A DNA stretch of 64,000 bases from Massalongia carnosa. Lineage: Eukaryota. Below, piece by piece: positions 12,718-25,151 of the stretch; position 1 is the stretch's first letter; every line of letters starts with the position of its first letter. The position numbers and the translations under genes are program-made. Where the stretch lies: NCBI GenBank assembly GCA_965645245.1, contig OZ287083.1, forward strand, positions 682,001-746,000, read 5' to 3'. Below the pieces are notes generated by a model. The model was not told the origin of the DNA. It did no database searches and saw nothing but the letters and a program-made list of their open reading frames with translations.

Positions 12718-14816
12718 ATGCCTTGGGAGATCCTGTCCCAAAAAAGAAACGACGGAAGGATAATTATACATTTTGTAAGTAGCCATAGCTCAGAGCAACG
12801 CAACCTTGCCTAGACCCCCGTGACACCGTGGGGGCCCTTGGTTGACCGTGACCTCAGGACTATGATTGTTTTTATGCAGCAACGTTTGAGAGGGAAGATC
12901 CTCATCTCCGCCATCTGCCCCTTGCCGTCCAGCAAAAGCAAATCATTGTGACCTGTAACTACGAGGCGCGCCGGAAAGGGCTTCGTAAGCTGCAGCTGGT
13001 CAAGGAAGCTCGGAAACAATGCCCTGAGGTCATCGTCGTCCTCGGCGAGGACCTGACCCGATTTCGGAATGCCTCCAAAGAACTCTATGCCTTCTTGAGG
13101 GCTTTCGCGTGGAGTGACAAGGTGGAGAAGCTTGGGTTCGATGAAGTGAGCAGTTGCGATGCCATTAAAGCAGGACTCCACGCGGAACTGGGCTAAGCGG
13201 GCCAGGTCTTCATGGATGTGACTGACATGGTTGACTATAACATGGAGCTGCTGAACCGAAATGACCGGAGCGCATCCTTTTTCCATTTGGATCGCAATGA
13301 TCCGTTGGTAGGCTTCGCCTTTGATGCGTCTTACGTGGCTGGCCATGTGTTTCCTACGCCAACTGAAAATGCTGTAAGCTCACCGGGTTGCGTGTCAGCC
13401 TTGCCGAAACATGATGACTCTTCCGGTCTCTATTTACGTCTTTTACTCGGGTCGCATCTTGCTCTGTATCTAAGGCACCAGTTAGAAGAGCAGAAAGGCT
13501 ACTCCTCTACCGTAGGAGTCAGCACCAACAAGCTTATCTCCAAATTGGTGGGCAATCTACACAAGCCACAGGGCCAAACTACGCTGATGCCACCCTACAC
13601 CTCTTCTGAAGACCAAATCGAGAGCAGCGTCACCAAGTTCATTGATGATCATGGCATCGGTAAAATACCTGGGATTGGTTTCAAGCTGGCGCAGAAAATC
13701 CGAGGTCATATCCTGGGACAACCCGCTGTCGTTGGTGCAGGTCTTATCCATGGTCCTGCTAAAGACGTGATTTCAGTGAAAGAGGTACGATTGCGAGCCG
13801 GCATGGGACCGGATCTGCTTGACAAAATTCTTGGTGGCCCGGGCGCTCCGAAAGGCATTGGTCAAAGAATATGGGGGTTAATAAACGGGATTGACGATTC
13901 CGAGGTTTTAAAAGCCAAAGCGGTGCCCCAACAAATCAGCATTGTCAGTCCTTTTTGGAACTAAACCCGTAATTTGAACTGACAGATATGGTAGGAAGAT
14001 AGCTATACCAAGCTTAACGTAATGGGAGATGTTGAGAAAGAATTGTTAATGCTTGTAAAGAGTCTCATTCGAAGAATGCGTGTAGATCTTATGTCAACTA
14101 TAATCGAGACGGATGATTTCGATCTAGACATCGAACAAGACTCGTTGCAAAACAAAGAATACATGGTTGACAAGCAATGGATAGCTCATCCACGAACATT
14201 GCGCCTCACAACCCGCCAGCGTTCACCGTTAAAACCTGATGGGACGCGCTTGCGTATTATGTCTCGCATCTCGAAATCATGCGCTATGCCTTCTCTCATC
14301 TTTAACAAAACCCACAGTATTGAGTTTACGGCAGAAAGCATAGTTCATGAAACGCTTCTGCCTCTATTTCGCAAGTTGCATCCAGAACAGTCGGAATGGA
14401 ACCTCAATTTGGTCAATATCTGTGCTTCCAACATGTCTCTCATCGCAACAGGTAACAAGGACGGTGCTGGGCGACACATAGGTCGAATGTTTAAACAGCA
14501 AAAAGGTGCTCTTAGAGACTGGAAGGTCGCAGATGTTGATGTTGCACCTTCTTACAACGACTCGGGTTTGCAACAAAGTAAAGAGATGGTCCATGCGAAG
14601 GGAGAGTCCGAGGAAGCCGCGGACAAGCCCCTCGATGACTATTACCATGGCTCAGAAGACAAACACATATCTACTCAGGAAAGCTTTTTTGAGGATATCT
14701 TATGGGATATTGATCCCGCCGCACCTGACGCTGGTGAAGCTTGTAGAACCTGTGGTGCTGTCATGCCAGCCTTCGCAATAACCGCACATGAGCGGTTTCA
14801 TGCAATGCTGGATTGA
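12718..14816 (+). CDS. Y-family (IMS/DinB, iota-like) DNA polymerase with C-terminal UBZ-type Zn finger
   Basis: Spliced IIIHF|DYDCFYA, VTCNYEAR, LGFDE|VFMD, KLISKL, IPGIG, CRTC...AHERFH; three introns. Confidence 0.9.
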
Positions 14817-15704
14817 GAATCAATCATCAAGCGTTTCTCGGCTTGACTGCGCCTTTGGTTACCTCCCTTGCGTTCCCCATTCAACCATCAAAAAAGCGAC
14901 TTACCAATACCCTACTGCACGGGCATTCCCAACACTCAGGCTTCAAAGCAAAAGGTCCTCCGCATCCTCATCCTCTACGCTCTTTACCAGTGATCCCCCC
15001 AGAGCGGCCCTCGATAGTAGTCTCGTTGTCTCGGTGTGCGGTCCTCATCACCAGTCCTCCACCGCGCAGCATCGTGGGTTCTGCAGCCGGAACACACCCC
15101 CGGCAGTCGATGGAACTTGCTTCGCTGTCGGCAAGGCTGGCCGTCACGGTGAAGCTGACAGCCTCTGATACCAGCATTGCGGACGCAGCCACACGCGTAT
15201 AGTATCCAGATTCTGATGCACATCTCTTTGATGAGAAGTTGACTTCTTCCTCCCCCCTCCTCAAACCCCCCAAGAGGTGGCTTTTCAGCAGCGGAAAATC
15301 TCGTTCCTGGCGAATGTTTTCTATTCGAGGCAAAGGGTGATAGGGTAGGCAAGCTCTGGATAGGGGAAACAGAATCCCCCCACCCAATCGTTTGAGAAAT
15401 TATAGATAGATGGGTATTATTCAACCTGTGAACGTTTCCGGTTAGTCATAATACCGTGAGTCTTGGTTTGCTGTAAACAAGAGGGGGGGCCCATGAGGTG
15501 GATTGCCGCAAGGTTTGGTGCATCGAAACCCAAACTGCCTGACACAGGGGGTTCCAATCAATCAAACAATCAAATCCACTTTTCCCCCCATCCCGCTTCG
15601 CAACAGTAAACCAAGTATGTATGCACTATAAGACAGACATCAAACAATACACATCACCCACCCGTTGCCTTCAACCCGACCCAAACCCCCCACCCCTCGC
15701 TCAC

Positions 15705-16863
15705 TCAAGAACCCTCCCTCTTCCACCACGCCACAACCCCCAACACAAAAACCACCACCATGGCATCCCTCACCACCACCGCATAAACCCCCCCATACCT
15801 CCTCGCCAGCAGCACCCACCCCCTCCACGGCTCCGGCAAAACCGCCCCGGCCAAAACCCCCACCCACCCTCCCCCTCCCCGGGGGCTCGCGTGACGCCCG
15901 CGCTCCGCCAGAAACCGCGCCGACTGCAGCCCCACCTCGGCCGTCGCGAACGCCCAGAAGAGGAAGTGCCGCACGTTGATTTCTATCCCCCCCCCCTCTC
16001 CCTCCTTGGTGGCGCTGCTCCACAGCGGCCCGGGTGCCGCGCGCGAGAACCATGTCCCGCTGAAGGGGGTGGCGGAGACCATGTACACGCCCAGCGCGAG
16101 CGCGAGCAGCGCGTGCGCAATCGTCCAGAGATGGTCCGTTCCGGGCTCTTCTTCTTGCTGCTGCTGCTGCTGTTGCTGCTGCTCCGAACCCGCGCTTTCC
16201 CCTCCTCCAAACCCCCCAAGCATGGCTGCCAACCCGGGCGGCAATCCGGCCATTATTCCCTGTCCGCCGCTCGGCATCTCGCCCCCACCCCCTCCTCCTC
16301 CTCCCATCAACTGCTGCAACATGGCCATGAGCGGATCGTCGATGACCTGGTGTTGTCCCCTGCCCTGGTCCCCCCGACCCAGAGGCTGCCCCGGGGGCGC
16401 GAACCCGCGGGGGCCCGAGACGCCATCTTGCATATCGGGGCGGTCGTGCGAGGAGCGGGAGTTGGCGTGGTAGGCATGGGTGGAGATGTCGACTTCTTCC
16501 GGGTCGGTTGGGGAAGGATGGTGGTGGGAGGGCGACGCAGGGGCAGATTGAGGGGGGGCGGGTGCTTTTCGGATGAGTGAGGTTAGTTGCGGAGCTGAGC
16601 TTTGGGTTGGGGCGGGCGAATAGATGAGGGCTTGGGGGGGGGATTGTTGCTTGCTACAACGACGAGGAGACGGAGGGGGAGGAAGGGTGTTTTGCACCTG
16701 CTTCGGCGGATCGACCGGATAGGGAGGTGATTTTGTCAAGGCGAGAGGAGCCGCCGGCTTTGATCTTAGCCTCGCGGCGTTCGCGGCGGAGGCGAGCTTG
16801 CGTCTGCGTTGGGGACTCGTCGCGAACAACAACGGGGTTGGCGGGTTCGGTGTTGGTGGCCAT
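15705..16863 (-). CDS. GET2: GET complex subunit Get2
   Basis: QARLRRERREAKIKAGGSSRLDKIT N-terminal motif, DPEEVDIS, DPLMAMLQQL, C-terminal TM segments; one intron; poly-Q tract. Confidence 0.8.
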
Positions 16864-17174
16864 TATGAGTATTTCATTTGAATGCGATATTTGGGGGTGG
16901 GGGGGTGAGGGGGAGTGAGGATGGTGTGCGTGTTTTCGCGATTGAGGTGAGAGGTGGGTAGAATGTAGAGAATATTTACGATCACGGGTTTTATTCATAT
17001 GCATGATAGATAACTATATAACGACATCCTCCTGACAGCTTTTAGAGTCCATGTCACATCACAAGCCCAACTCTGGCCGCATAAAAGTGGCTCGCTGGTT
17101 ATTTGCCAGTCATAAGCTAATTTGCGTTCTATTTAAGGGGAACTATTTTATCATCAAATAGTCGTGCAAGCCAT

Positions 17175-20100
17175 CTAAGGTGTAGCTCTACTCATACCGA
17201 TCAAACGCTTCACACCGACCTAAGATGAACAAATTAGCCCTTATCAAGACTGCCACGCAATGTCCAACTTACCATCCAATTCCCACACTCTTCTGTCCTA
17301 TTTGTCATAATGTCAATATGTATCGTTTGGGCTTGTTCATAATTTCGTGCCTGGAGCGCCTGTGCTAATTGCACCATATCCTGAACCGTCTGTTCCTTTA
17401 GAAGGTCTTCGTTATTTAAGTGGTCGAACAATATGTTTAGTCGCTTCTCGGTATCCATGACCTGCGGCTTGAATGATTGTGGGGCCCGAGCCTTTACGCG
17501 TTGCATATCACCACCGAGAATTTCGAAAATAGCCCTTGCCCCTGCTGGAATGTGAGATCGATCACCAGGAGCTATAGATGGTTAGTAATGTTTTGGAGCA
17601 ATGTGGATCCCTCTTGTGTAAACTTACGATACTTGGACGCAGAAGGCGTTCCGGTTTTGGAGCGCTGGTTTTGAAGAGCTTCAGGTCGAGAGCCTTGAGC
17701 TGGTCCTTGCGGTGGTCCAATTAGCGATGTGGACGCCTTTGGAGGGGGACCTTGAGATAACGGCGCCGCCTGATTCTTGTTTGATGGAACTGAATGGTTC
17801 TGAAGTGGTGAATATGGGTTGATAGGTGGAGGCCCCGGCCGGGTGCTTCCAGATCCGAATGAAGGGTCTACTTGAGATGAAGGCGCCGAGGCTTGATTTG
17901 ATGGTAAAGGTGCATAGCGATTACTCGGCGGGGGGGCCGAAGGTGGAGCATTATACGGTGAAGGCCCACGAGATGTTGGCTGTTGCTGCTGGACAAATCC
18001 CAAAGTCGGGTTCGACCCAAGACCGGATACGGGTCCAGGACTCAGCAGAGACTGTTGTGGTGCGTAAGCGCTTGCGGCCGATGAGGTTGGCCTTTCGGGC
18101 GGCTGATATGGCTGCGGAATGCTAGTAGCTGGGGAACTTAGCCTTGGGGGAGGCCCTATTGAACTCTTAGGCGGTGGAGGGAGCGGCGATGTTGATTTCG
18201 GCTGTACCCCGTACGACGGCCCAGCACTTGATTGTCCTGTCCCTGGATACCCCACTAGAGTGGCTGGGTTGGACATACTAACGCCAGGTGTCCCACGACG
18301 GGATGTTGGAGGCTTAAAAAAACTCTCTGGAGTATCATTCCAATTCCCCATGCTCTGAGCCTTAGACGGTGGTGGAATTGAAGGAGACGCATTAAAATTG
18401 CGAGGGGGTCCAAATTTTTGGGTTTGATAAGGCGCGCCAGAAATAGGTGGGGCGATGCTGGACTGTCTTAATAGGTCTTGTTGTTGGGATTGCTGAGGCT
18501 GCTGGTATTTTGTTGGGTCAACATAAGGAGCGGCGCTGTAAGGTCCGTCGCTGGGCTGGGCATGAGAATTCTGCGGCTGAATTGGGGGATATGATGCATA
18601 TGGATTACGTTGATTAGCGGCGACTGGGTTGGCTATGTTTTGGTGTTGGTGAAACCCTGTTGCGTTAGGAGGAGCTTGGTGGGTAGATCGGGTTGGATCT
18701 GCTGGTTGTTTTGTTGGTTTCGGTGCTGTTGGCCTACTGATGGCTTGCTTGATTCTGTTACGGGCAATCTCCGCGGCTGGGTACTTTTCTGGTAATAAAT
18801 CAAGATACTTTTCGGCAGTCTCTAGTTGTCCATGTGAAGCGATGATATCCGCAAACTCGATATATTTGTCATATAGTGCTCGCAATCTCCATGCTGAAGT
18901 AACGTTTTGATCACCGTCTTGGAAGTGAGTGATCTCACGAAAAACTGTGACCTTTTCGATAAAGCGCTGCAATGAACGTGCATGGACGGAAAAGAAGGAA
19001 TCCGTTTCTGAATCATCTCGACTTGTTTCATCGTGTTTATCCAACTTAGCTAACCATATTGTAACAACCTTCTCCAATTTCGAGCTCGCAAGATAGCAAA
19101 AAGACGCACTCTTTTGAAGTTCAAGGTCTTCGTCATGGGTCCTCAGATGCTCGTCCAGTCTATCTCCAAGAGCATCGCAAAGATCTGGAAACTCCTCAGC
19201 AGTGGCATAGGTGCAAATTACGGCCATGACCTCTTTCCAGCCATTCAACTCAGCATTATACACCACATCCCATAGGTTTTTGCCCGCCACAGAGGCCAAT
19301 AAACGGAGGTAATTAGGAGTTCCTGACTTTCTACCGAGGTACGCCTTCTGCGCTTTGTCGATACAAGCCTGGCCTCCACAAATAGCCACCATAAAGGCAT
19401 CAGACAACCTATCTTCCTGCAAACATACATCTAACGCTTTATCAAACTGCCCTAGCAAAAGAGCATGGGTAATCGTTTTATCCGGTTCCGACTCGGACCC
19501 TGTGTATATTTGGAACGGATTATTAGTCTTTGCTCCTTTAGTAGCTGCAAGGTCAGACAGGAAGCTATCTCCAGTACCAGAGCTCTCAAAAAAGGCTGAC
19601 AAACGGCTTGGTTTGTTTTCTGAAGGCTCAGTCAGGTGGGATACATCTTCTTCCTTGGATTCCCCAGTAATGGCCAATGTGGAAAGCCTGTCCGATGCCT
19701 CGTCACTTATGCTTGAGAAGCCAAGATATTTAATCAGTTCTTTTCGAGGATTTTCAGAAGTCAGCGTTTCAATAACCTTCCAATCGGCTTTTTCGGTCTC
19801 GAGGGTAGCCTTGATAATCTTAGACTCGCATATACCCTTAAGGTCATTCCCATTCAGCGCTTTTTCAAATGCGTTCGTCGACGTACCAACCCTAGCATCA
19901 ATCACGAACGTTGATATACGTAACGTCGAGGTTCGTGGTGCTGCCGAGTTGCCGACGGCTGTGAAGCTGAGGACCTTTCCTCCAAATCCAAAGGATGCCC
20001 CGCAAGAGCGCTCCAACCACCTAGGCGCTTTCTGTAGACTAAAACTTGCGCCTTGAGGCTGCGATTGAGTTTTATTGAAAAAACTTTCATCGTCCACTTG

Positions 20101-21394
20101 TTGTGCGTGGCTTCCAGAGGCTTGGTTAGCGTCGACATTGGTGTTTTGAATTGATTGTATTCCAATTTTGCCATCAAACGAAGCCGTTGCAAGGATATTT
20201 GGGTTGTGAGGATTCCATCTAGTCAAAAAGGTCCAGTTCGTAACTACATCAAAATCACCGTATGACTCGCCGGTCTGCGGGTTCCAGCAAATCGTTCTAT
20301 TATCTTTGCCACAAGAGAGTAAAAGATCATTATCTTGAGAGCACCAAGAGAGCGAAAGGACACCTCCATCATGCCCCCGGAGGACCTAAGTATGTCAACC
20401 TAATGCTTGTAATGGGGTTAGATGTATTGCTTACGCGCTCCGGGGCATTTGAGTTCCTCAAGTCCCATACAAGAATGAGTGGATCAGTATCATGGGGAAT
20501 GGCAGTAACGAGACGAGTATGCTGCAAGTCGATTTAGCATTGTATGTGTTGTATGGGTCATTCTCGCTTATCACCTTGTCTGGATCCCATGCCACAGCGC
20601 TCACGGCTTTCCTACCTAGATTATTAAGAGTCAAGCTCTCTTTCTTCGTCTTAACATCCCACACCGTGACAAATCCCCCATTACTCCCTGTAACCATGAT
20701 ATGCGGTACATTCTTGTTCCAATCGAGACACTCAAAATCATCAGCCCTTGCGACTGAGTTGCCCATGCGAAACGGGTTGTGGATATTGTTCAAATCGGAA
20801 ATAAAGAGCTTTGGCAATTTAGTCATAGTAATCCAATCAACACAGGTACCATACCTCGCCTTTTGCGCCTGCGGTCGCTAGCAGCTCCGGCCTGAAAGGA
20901 TTGAATTGTAACGTTTTAATAGCCCCGCTGTGCTTGGAAGTGCGCGACATGAAAGATTCTCTGTCTCAACCTTTGAGTTAGACAAAATAGACAAGATAAC
21001 TGGGGAAGACCTGCCCTTGACCACCGAAGAGCTTCTCGGCGTTCCACAGATCCAGAGATCCGTTTTCCAGAGCCCCAGCAATAACTCCCTTGGGAAAATC
21101 ATCAGTCGCTTGGACCCAGGCGATATCGTGAAATCTAGCTCAAATATGATTAGGCATGTTTCGTCAAGCCAAAAACAAGTTTCACCTGGAGTCAGTGTCT
21201 ATGCTGGCCGTAGGTTGTAATTCGTGGCCTTGCTTCGTGTTGTCAAGATTCAAGTCCCAAAGCTCCAGTTGAGTGTCATTCGAAAAGTCTGCGTCGACAG
21301 CGCCAGCTCTTGTCCCCGTGGCCAGGCAAGGTGAAGCAGTCCCTGGTGACCAGGCAAATGTAGCTGTCCTCGGGATTTCTCGCAGTCTAACCAT
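17175..21394 (-). CDS. SEC31: COPII coat protein Sec31
   Basis: [18 protein letters not shown] start, WD40 repeats, alpha-solenoid, Pro-rich region, C-terminal [15 protein letters not shown]...GVKRLI; multiple introns. Confidence 0.95.
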
Positions 21395-21711
21395 GATGTC
21401 CAAAAGAGCCAAACCCTCAAACAGTAGAATCAAATTCACTTGGGGGTTTGGAATGCAGATCGTAGAAAGAATCGCTAAACGATTTCCAGAACTCGTGCAT
21501 AATATTTTCTAACCATAGACGCTTCTACCATGAGATTTAAGACCAACTGTCCCCCGGTCAACTCTAAATTCAAGCGAGTATTAACACGTGATATCAAGTT
21601 CAATACAGCGGCTTCAGGACCTACCTAGTTGTCAATGCCTTCAACATGATAGCGGATTCACAACGGACCCTACCATCAGCGGCGTCTTCCCGATAGCGCA
21701 CACCCCAAACA

Positions 21712-22295
21712 ATGACTGAACTTGTTTGTGTCTCGTTCTTGTAATACATCAATACGGTGAAGCTAACTATCCTACAAAGGCTCGACTAAAGGCAACAATA
21801 TTTGTGGGAGGGTTGGACAACGCAGTAGATGAAAGGATTTTGAATGATGCTTTTTTGCCATTCGGCGTTGTGGTAGATGTCACTATACCTAAACCTGAGT
21901 TGCCATCATCGTCCGAGCCCCACCGTGGGTTTGGCTACATCGAGTTTGAAGTCCCTGGAGATGCTAAAGAGGCGATCGAGAACATGGATCAAAGCGAGTT
22001 ATTTGGCCGGGTCATTAAAGTCGCAGCCGCAAAGCCGCAGAAGGAAAGTAATGAGGGGCTTTCGAGCCGAACAGCTGTATGGGAGCAGGTAAGTTTGTTC
22101 TCCGAAACGCTTTAATCATGAATGTTAACTACACTAACCATGTCTTGACGGTAGGAGGGCTGGTTGGCCGCGCATGCCGTGAGCGATGAAGATAGGCTTA
22201 CCGCTGAAAAAGCAAGGCATGACTTAGATTCAAGACCTGAGGATCCAATGCAGGGGCTCGAAGGACTAGATGTTGCCGGTCCTCACCCTGCCTGA
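21712..22295 (+). CDS. RRM protein (cyclophilin E/PPIE RRM-like, no PPIase domain)
   Basis: IFVGGL (RNP2), HRGFGYIEF (RNP1), AIENMDQSELFGRVIKV, AVWEQ|EGWL; two introns. Confidence 0.85.
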
Positions 22296-23299
22296 AAGTA
22301 TTGTTGAACAAGAACTAGAGTGTTTGAAGCATGGTGTATTGAAAACCCTCTCTTCACTGGCCATTTGATGTACCTGTCATACTGACGGTTTGCTTGAAAT
22401 CGACCACATGAATCAAACAGAAATTCGGCATTTTATATCGATCGCACGTTTAACAAAGCTAAAGGTCTGGAAGAATACCCATCCTGTGAGATAAAATCAA
22501 CGCGTCACCGGTCTGAAGAATCGTCTGTACTATCTCTATCTGAATTTATCTGAGTTTTTCGATCTCGTAAGACGTAGGGTTTTGTCGGTGACCAATTTGT
22601 TGCCTAGACTATAGATTCCTGCGCCAAGGGCAACACTTGGTTGTAAGGTGCCAAATGAGCAAGTTTCGTTGAAGCGTAGAGGAATGGATTCACTAACCCA
22701 AGCACCACACCTAATTGCAAAAACGATTTATTAGCAAATATTTCAGTTCGAAATCAGAAAGACTTTGCCTTACCTAGAGGAATTAATTCCGGTGGGATTT
22801 TCTTGAGCGTTCGCAAACGCTGGGAGATTGTATGTGCTGTCAGAAGCATTGAGTTAGCTCTAGAGACAAGATCTATCGCAGCGGTTCTTCAATGTCTGGT
22901 TTGTATTCCAGCGACAATTACCAGCGACCTACCGCTATGTTCTTCTTTCTAAATTCCTGTCAACAACAAGCTGCCAATACAGAGCAAATGCTAACTCACA
23001 GGTATGGGTCTCCAAAGTGCCTGCGTAGGCTTCATTCTCAAAACTCGTGTAGGATACATGTTATGGGAATCCTTCAAACAAATAATGAGGAGGATGATCG
23101 TGGTTAGGAGAACCTACTCCGTAATCTGCGGACGCTATTCAGCCCTACGCTATGTACTGCGAAGTTGAGATGGCAATCCAGACTCGGTACCTTCTCCCGA
23201 TAGTATTGTCTTTGTCCACTATTAATTACTATTACTACCAACAAGCACCACGGGAAAACCTTGAGGACTTCAAGTTGGCTTTCAACTACAGCTTTCATC

Positions 23300-23915
23300 A
23301 TGTCAGATGAAGATGAGCTTGTTACCAAGCCTTTCAAGTTTGTAACTGGTCAGAACCTATCTGCTGCCAAAATAAACACTTCTCCGTATCCAAATGACTA
23401 ATTCACTTTTAGCCGGTATGTTGAACTGGCTATGGGCCCGGGCCCCTACACAGCAACACTCAACACTCAAAGAGACTTCAAAGCGCCCAATGGGTGTTTG
23501 TGTGGTAAAGCTGATCCGTGTACACCGCAGGGTTTGATGCAAGGTTTCCCAATCAAAACCAGTAGGTTCCCGTTGCGACTTTAGGTCTCATACAAGAAGC
23601 TTATATGATATAAAGGACGAAACATTGCTGGCAAAACTATGTCGACTATCACAAATGCATTCTTGCCAAGGGCGAGGACTTTGCTCCCTGTCGTCAGGTA
23701 CTTATGATATTCCGCTTGCGATCGACCTCTGGATCGGTTCTTATAATCTGAGCGCGTTCTCTAGTTCTTCCTCGCATACCGTTCGTTATGTCCAAGTGCT
23801 TGGTGTGCAAGATGGGATGAGCAGAGGGGTATAGGCTCCTTCTTGTCCAACTTGGTTCACATATTAATATCAAGCTCCAGAGAAGGGTACTTTTCCTGCT
23901 CGGCTGGATCAATAG
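23300..23915 (+). CDS. COX12: Cytochrome c oxidase subunit VIb
   Basis: Spliced [42 protein letters not shown]...APCRQFFLAYRSLCPSAWCARWDEQREKGTFPARLDQ; six exons including the 3-nt exon 23413-23415. Confidence 0.93.
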
Positions 23916-24203
23916 GACTATTGAAATGGAGGACTTATCAATGATCAGAGGACGGCGAGAGATGGCTTGCTGATTAGTCTCGTCAGATGTAGTTTGACCT
24001 GATATACATATTACTGTAACAAAGCGCCTCCAACGCTACCGGTTATCTCTACAACTCTCAATGTATGCACTATAATTTCCCATGTGACCTTCGAATCTCT
24101 CTGTCACATAGGTGGCATTCCCAGCTATAGAGAGCTTCTGGCACCACACGAAATCCGCAGCTCATAAAAGTGGCCGTTTAGTGCCGATTTTAGCTTGCTC
24201 TAG

Positions 24204-24909
24204 TTATCCTTCCAAAATGCCCCCTCTTGCCTGGTCAAGTAAAGCCTTATCTTGCATTAACTTCTCGCGGTGTTTGGCACCTACGAGTGCGTCCCGCCTG
24301 CAAAGGTCGTTCTCCTCCTTCAGCTTCTGTACCTCCGCCTCTTCCTCAGGAGTTGCGGTGACTTGAGCCGCTTTGGTAAGAGCCAAGAAGCGAGACAAAA
24401 TAATATGGTCTTGAATATTCTTCATATCAATAGATTCCATTCGATCGAAAGGGGTATGGTCTGACGGGAGAGCTGTAGTGGTGGAGGAGGACGGCGCAGG
24501 TGATGAGACTCCCGATGCAGCCGGCGGTGGACGCGCGAAGAACACCGTAAGAGTTGCTGGGCCGGCCTGATCTTTTGTCCGGTTGACTGTCATCGACACG
24601 GCAGGATTATGGTATTTGAGACGAGGGAGGTATTTCCGCCAGAATTTACGAGCGCCAAAGTGGCCATTGTTGATTTTGAAAGCAAAGTCCAGATTGATTC
24701 GTTTGATATCTTGAGGGAGTATAGCAGCTCCAGGTCCAAGCCGTAGATCGAGCAGCTGCGTGCATAATTAGATCTAAAACCCATATCCGTAGTCAATCTG
24801 TACTGTACGTACTTTCTGCATTGTTAATTAGACTCCGGCTCAACTTCTTTCCAGAAGAAATGAAACTCACCGTTTTCAACTTTCTCATTCGTGAATGAAG
24901 ATTTACCAT
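24204..24909 (-). CDS. MRP49: Mitochondrial ribosomal protein Mrp49 (mL61)
   Basis: Spliced MVNLHSRMRKLKT-K-LLDLRLGPGAAILP...GARKFWRKYLPRLKYHNP; 3-nt exon 24813-24815. Confidence 0.85.
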
Positions 24910-25151
24910 AACGTTGAGTTTACCGGTTACATTCAATTATCTTGGTTCCGAATGACATTGATTAGATGAAGAGGACAAAACAGCTATGGGTTCCTACTCC
25001 ATAAACTTTTTGATGGAAAAAGCAACACTAAACAGATAAGATAACCAAAGAATGTTGTTTCCTAATTGGCGGGTAGAAGCTCTATTTTGTTCTGTACGTA
25101 CATAGATAGTTTGTGTATCAGGATAGCTACATATTCGCAGGAGATATTCGA

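Noticed and set aside
14788..15424. Overlapping 126-146 aa ORFs between the polymerase and GET2
   Set aside because: No motifs or coherent exon structure; likely 3'UTR or intergenic.
15621..16580. Long + strand ORFs opposite GET2
   Set aside because: Shadow ORFs of GC-rich, low-complexity sequence with no motifs.
19355..20056. 233-aa ORF antisense to SEC31 (and similar antisense ORFs at 10552-11127 and 55482-55964)
   Set aside because: Antisense shadows of real genes.
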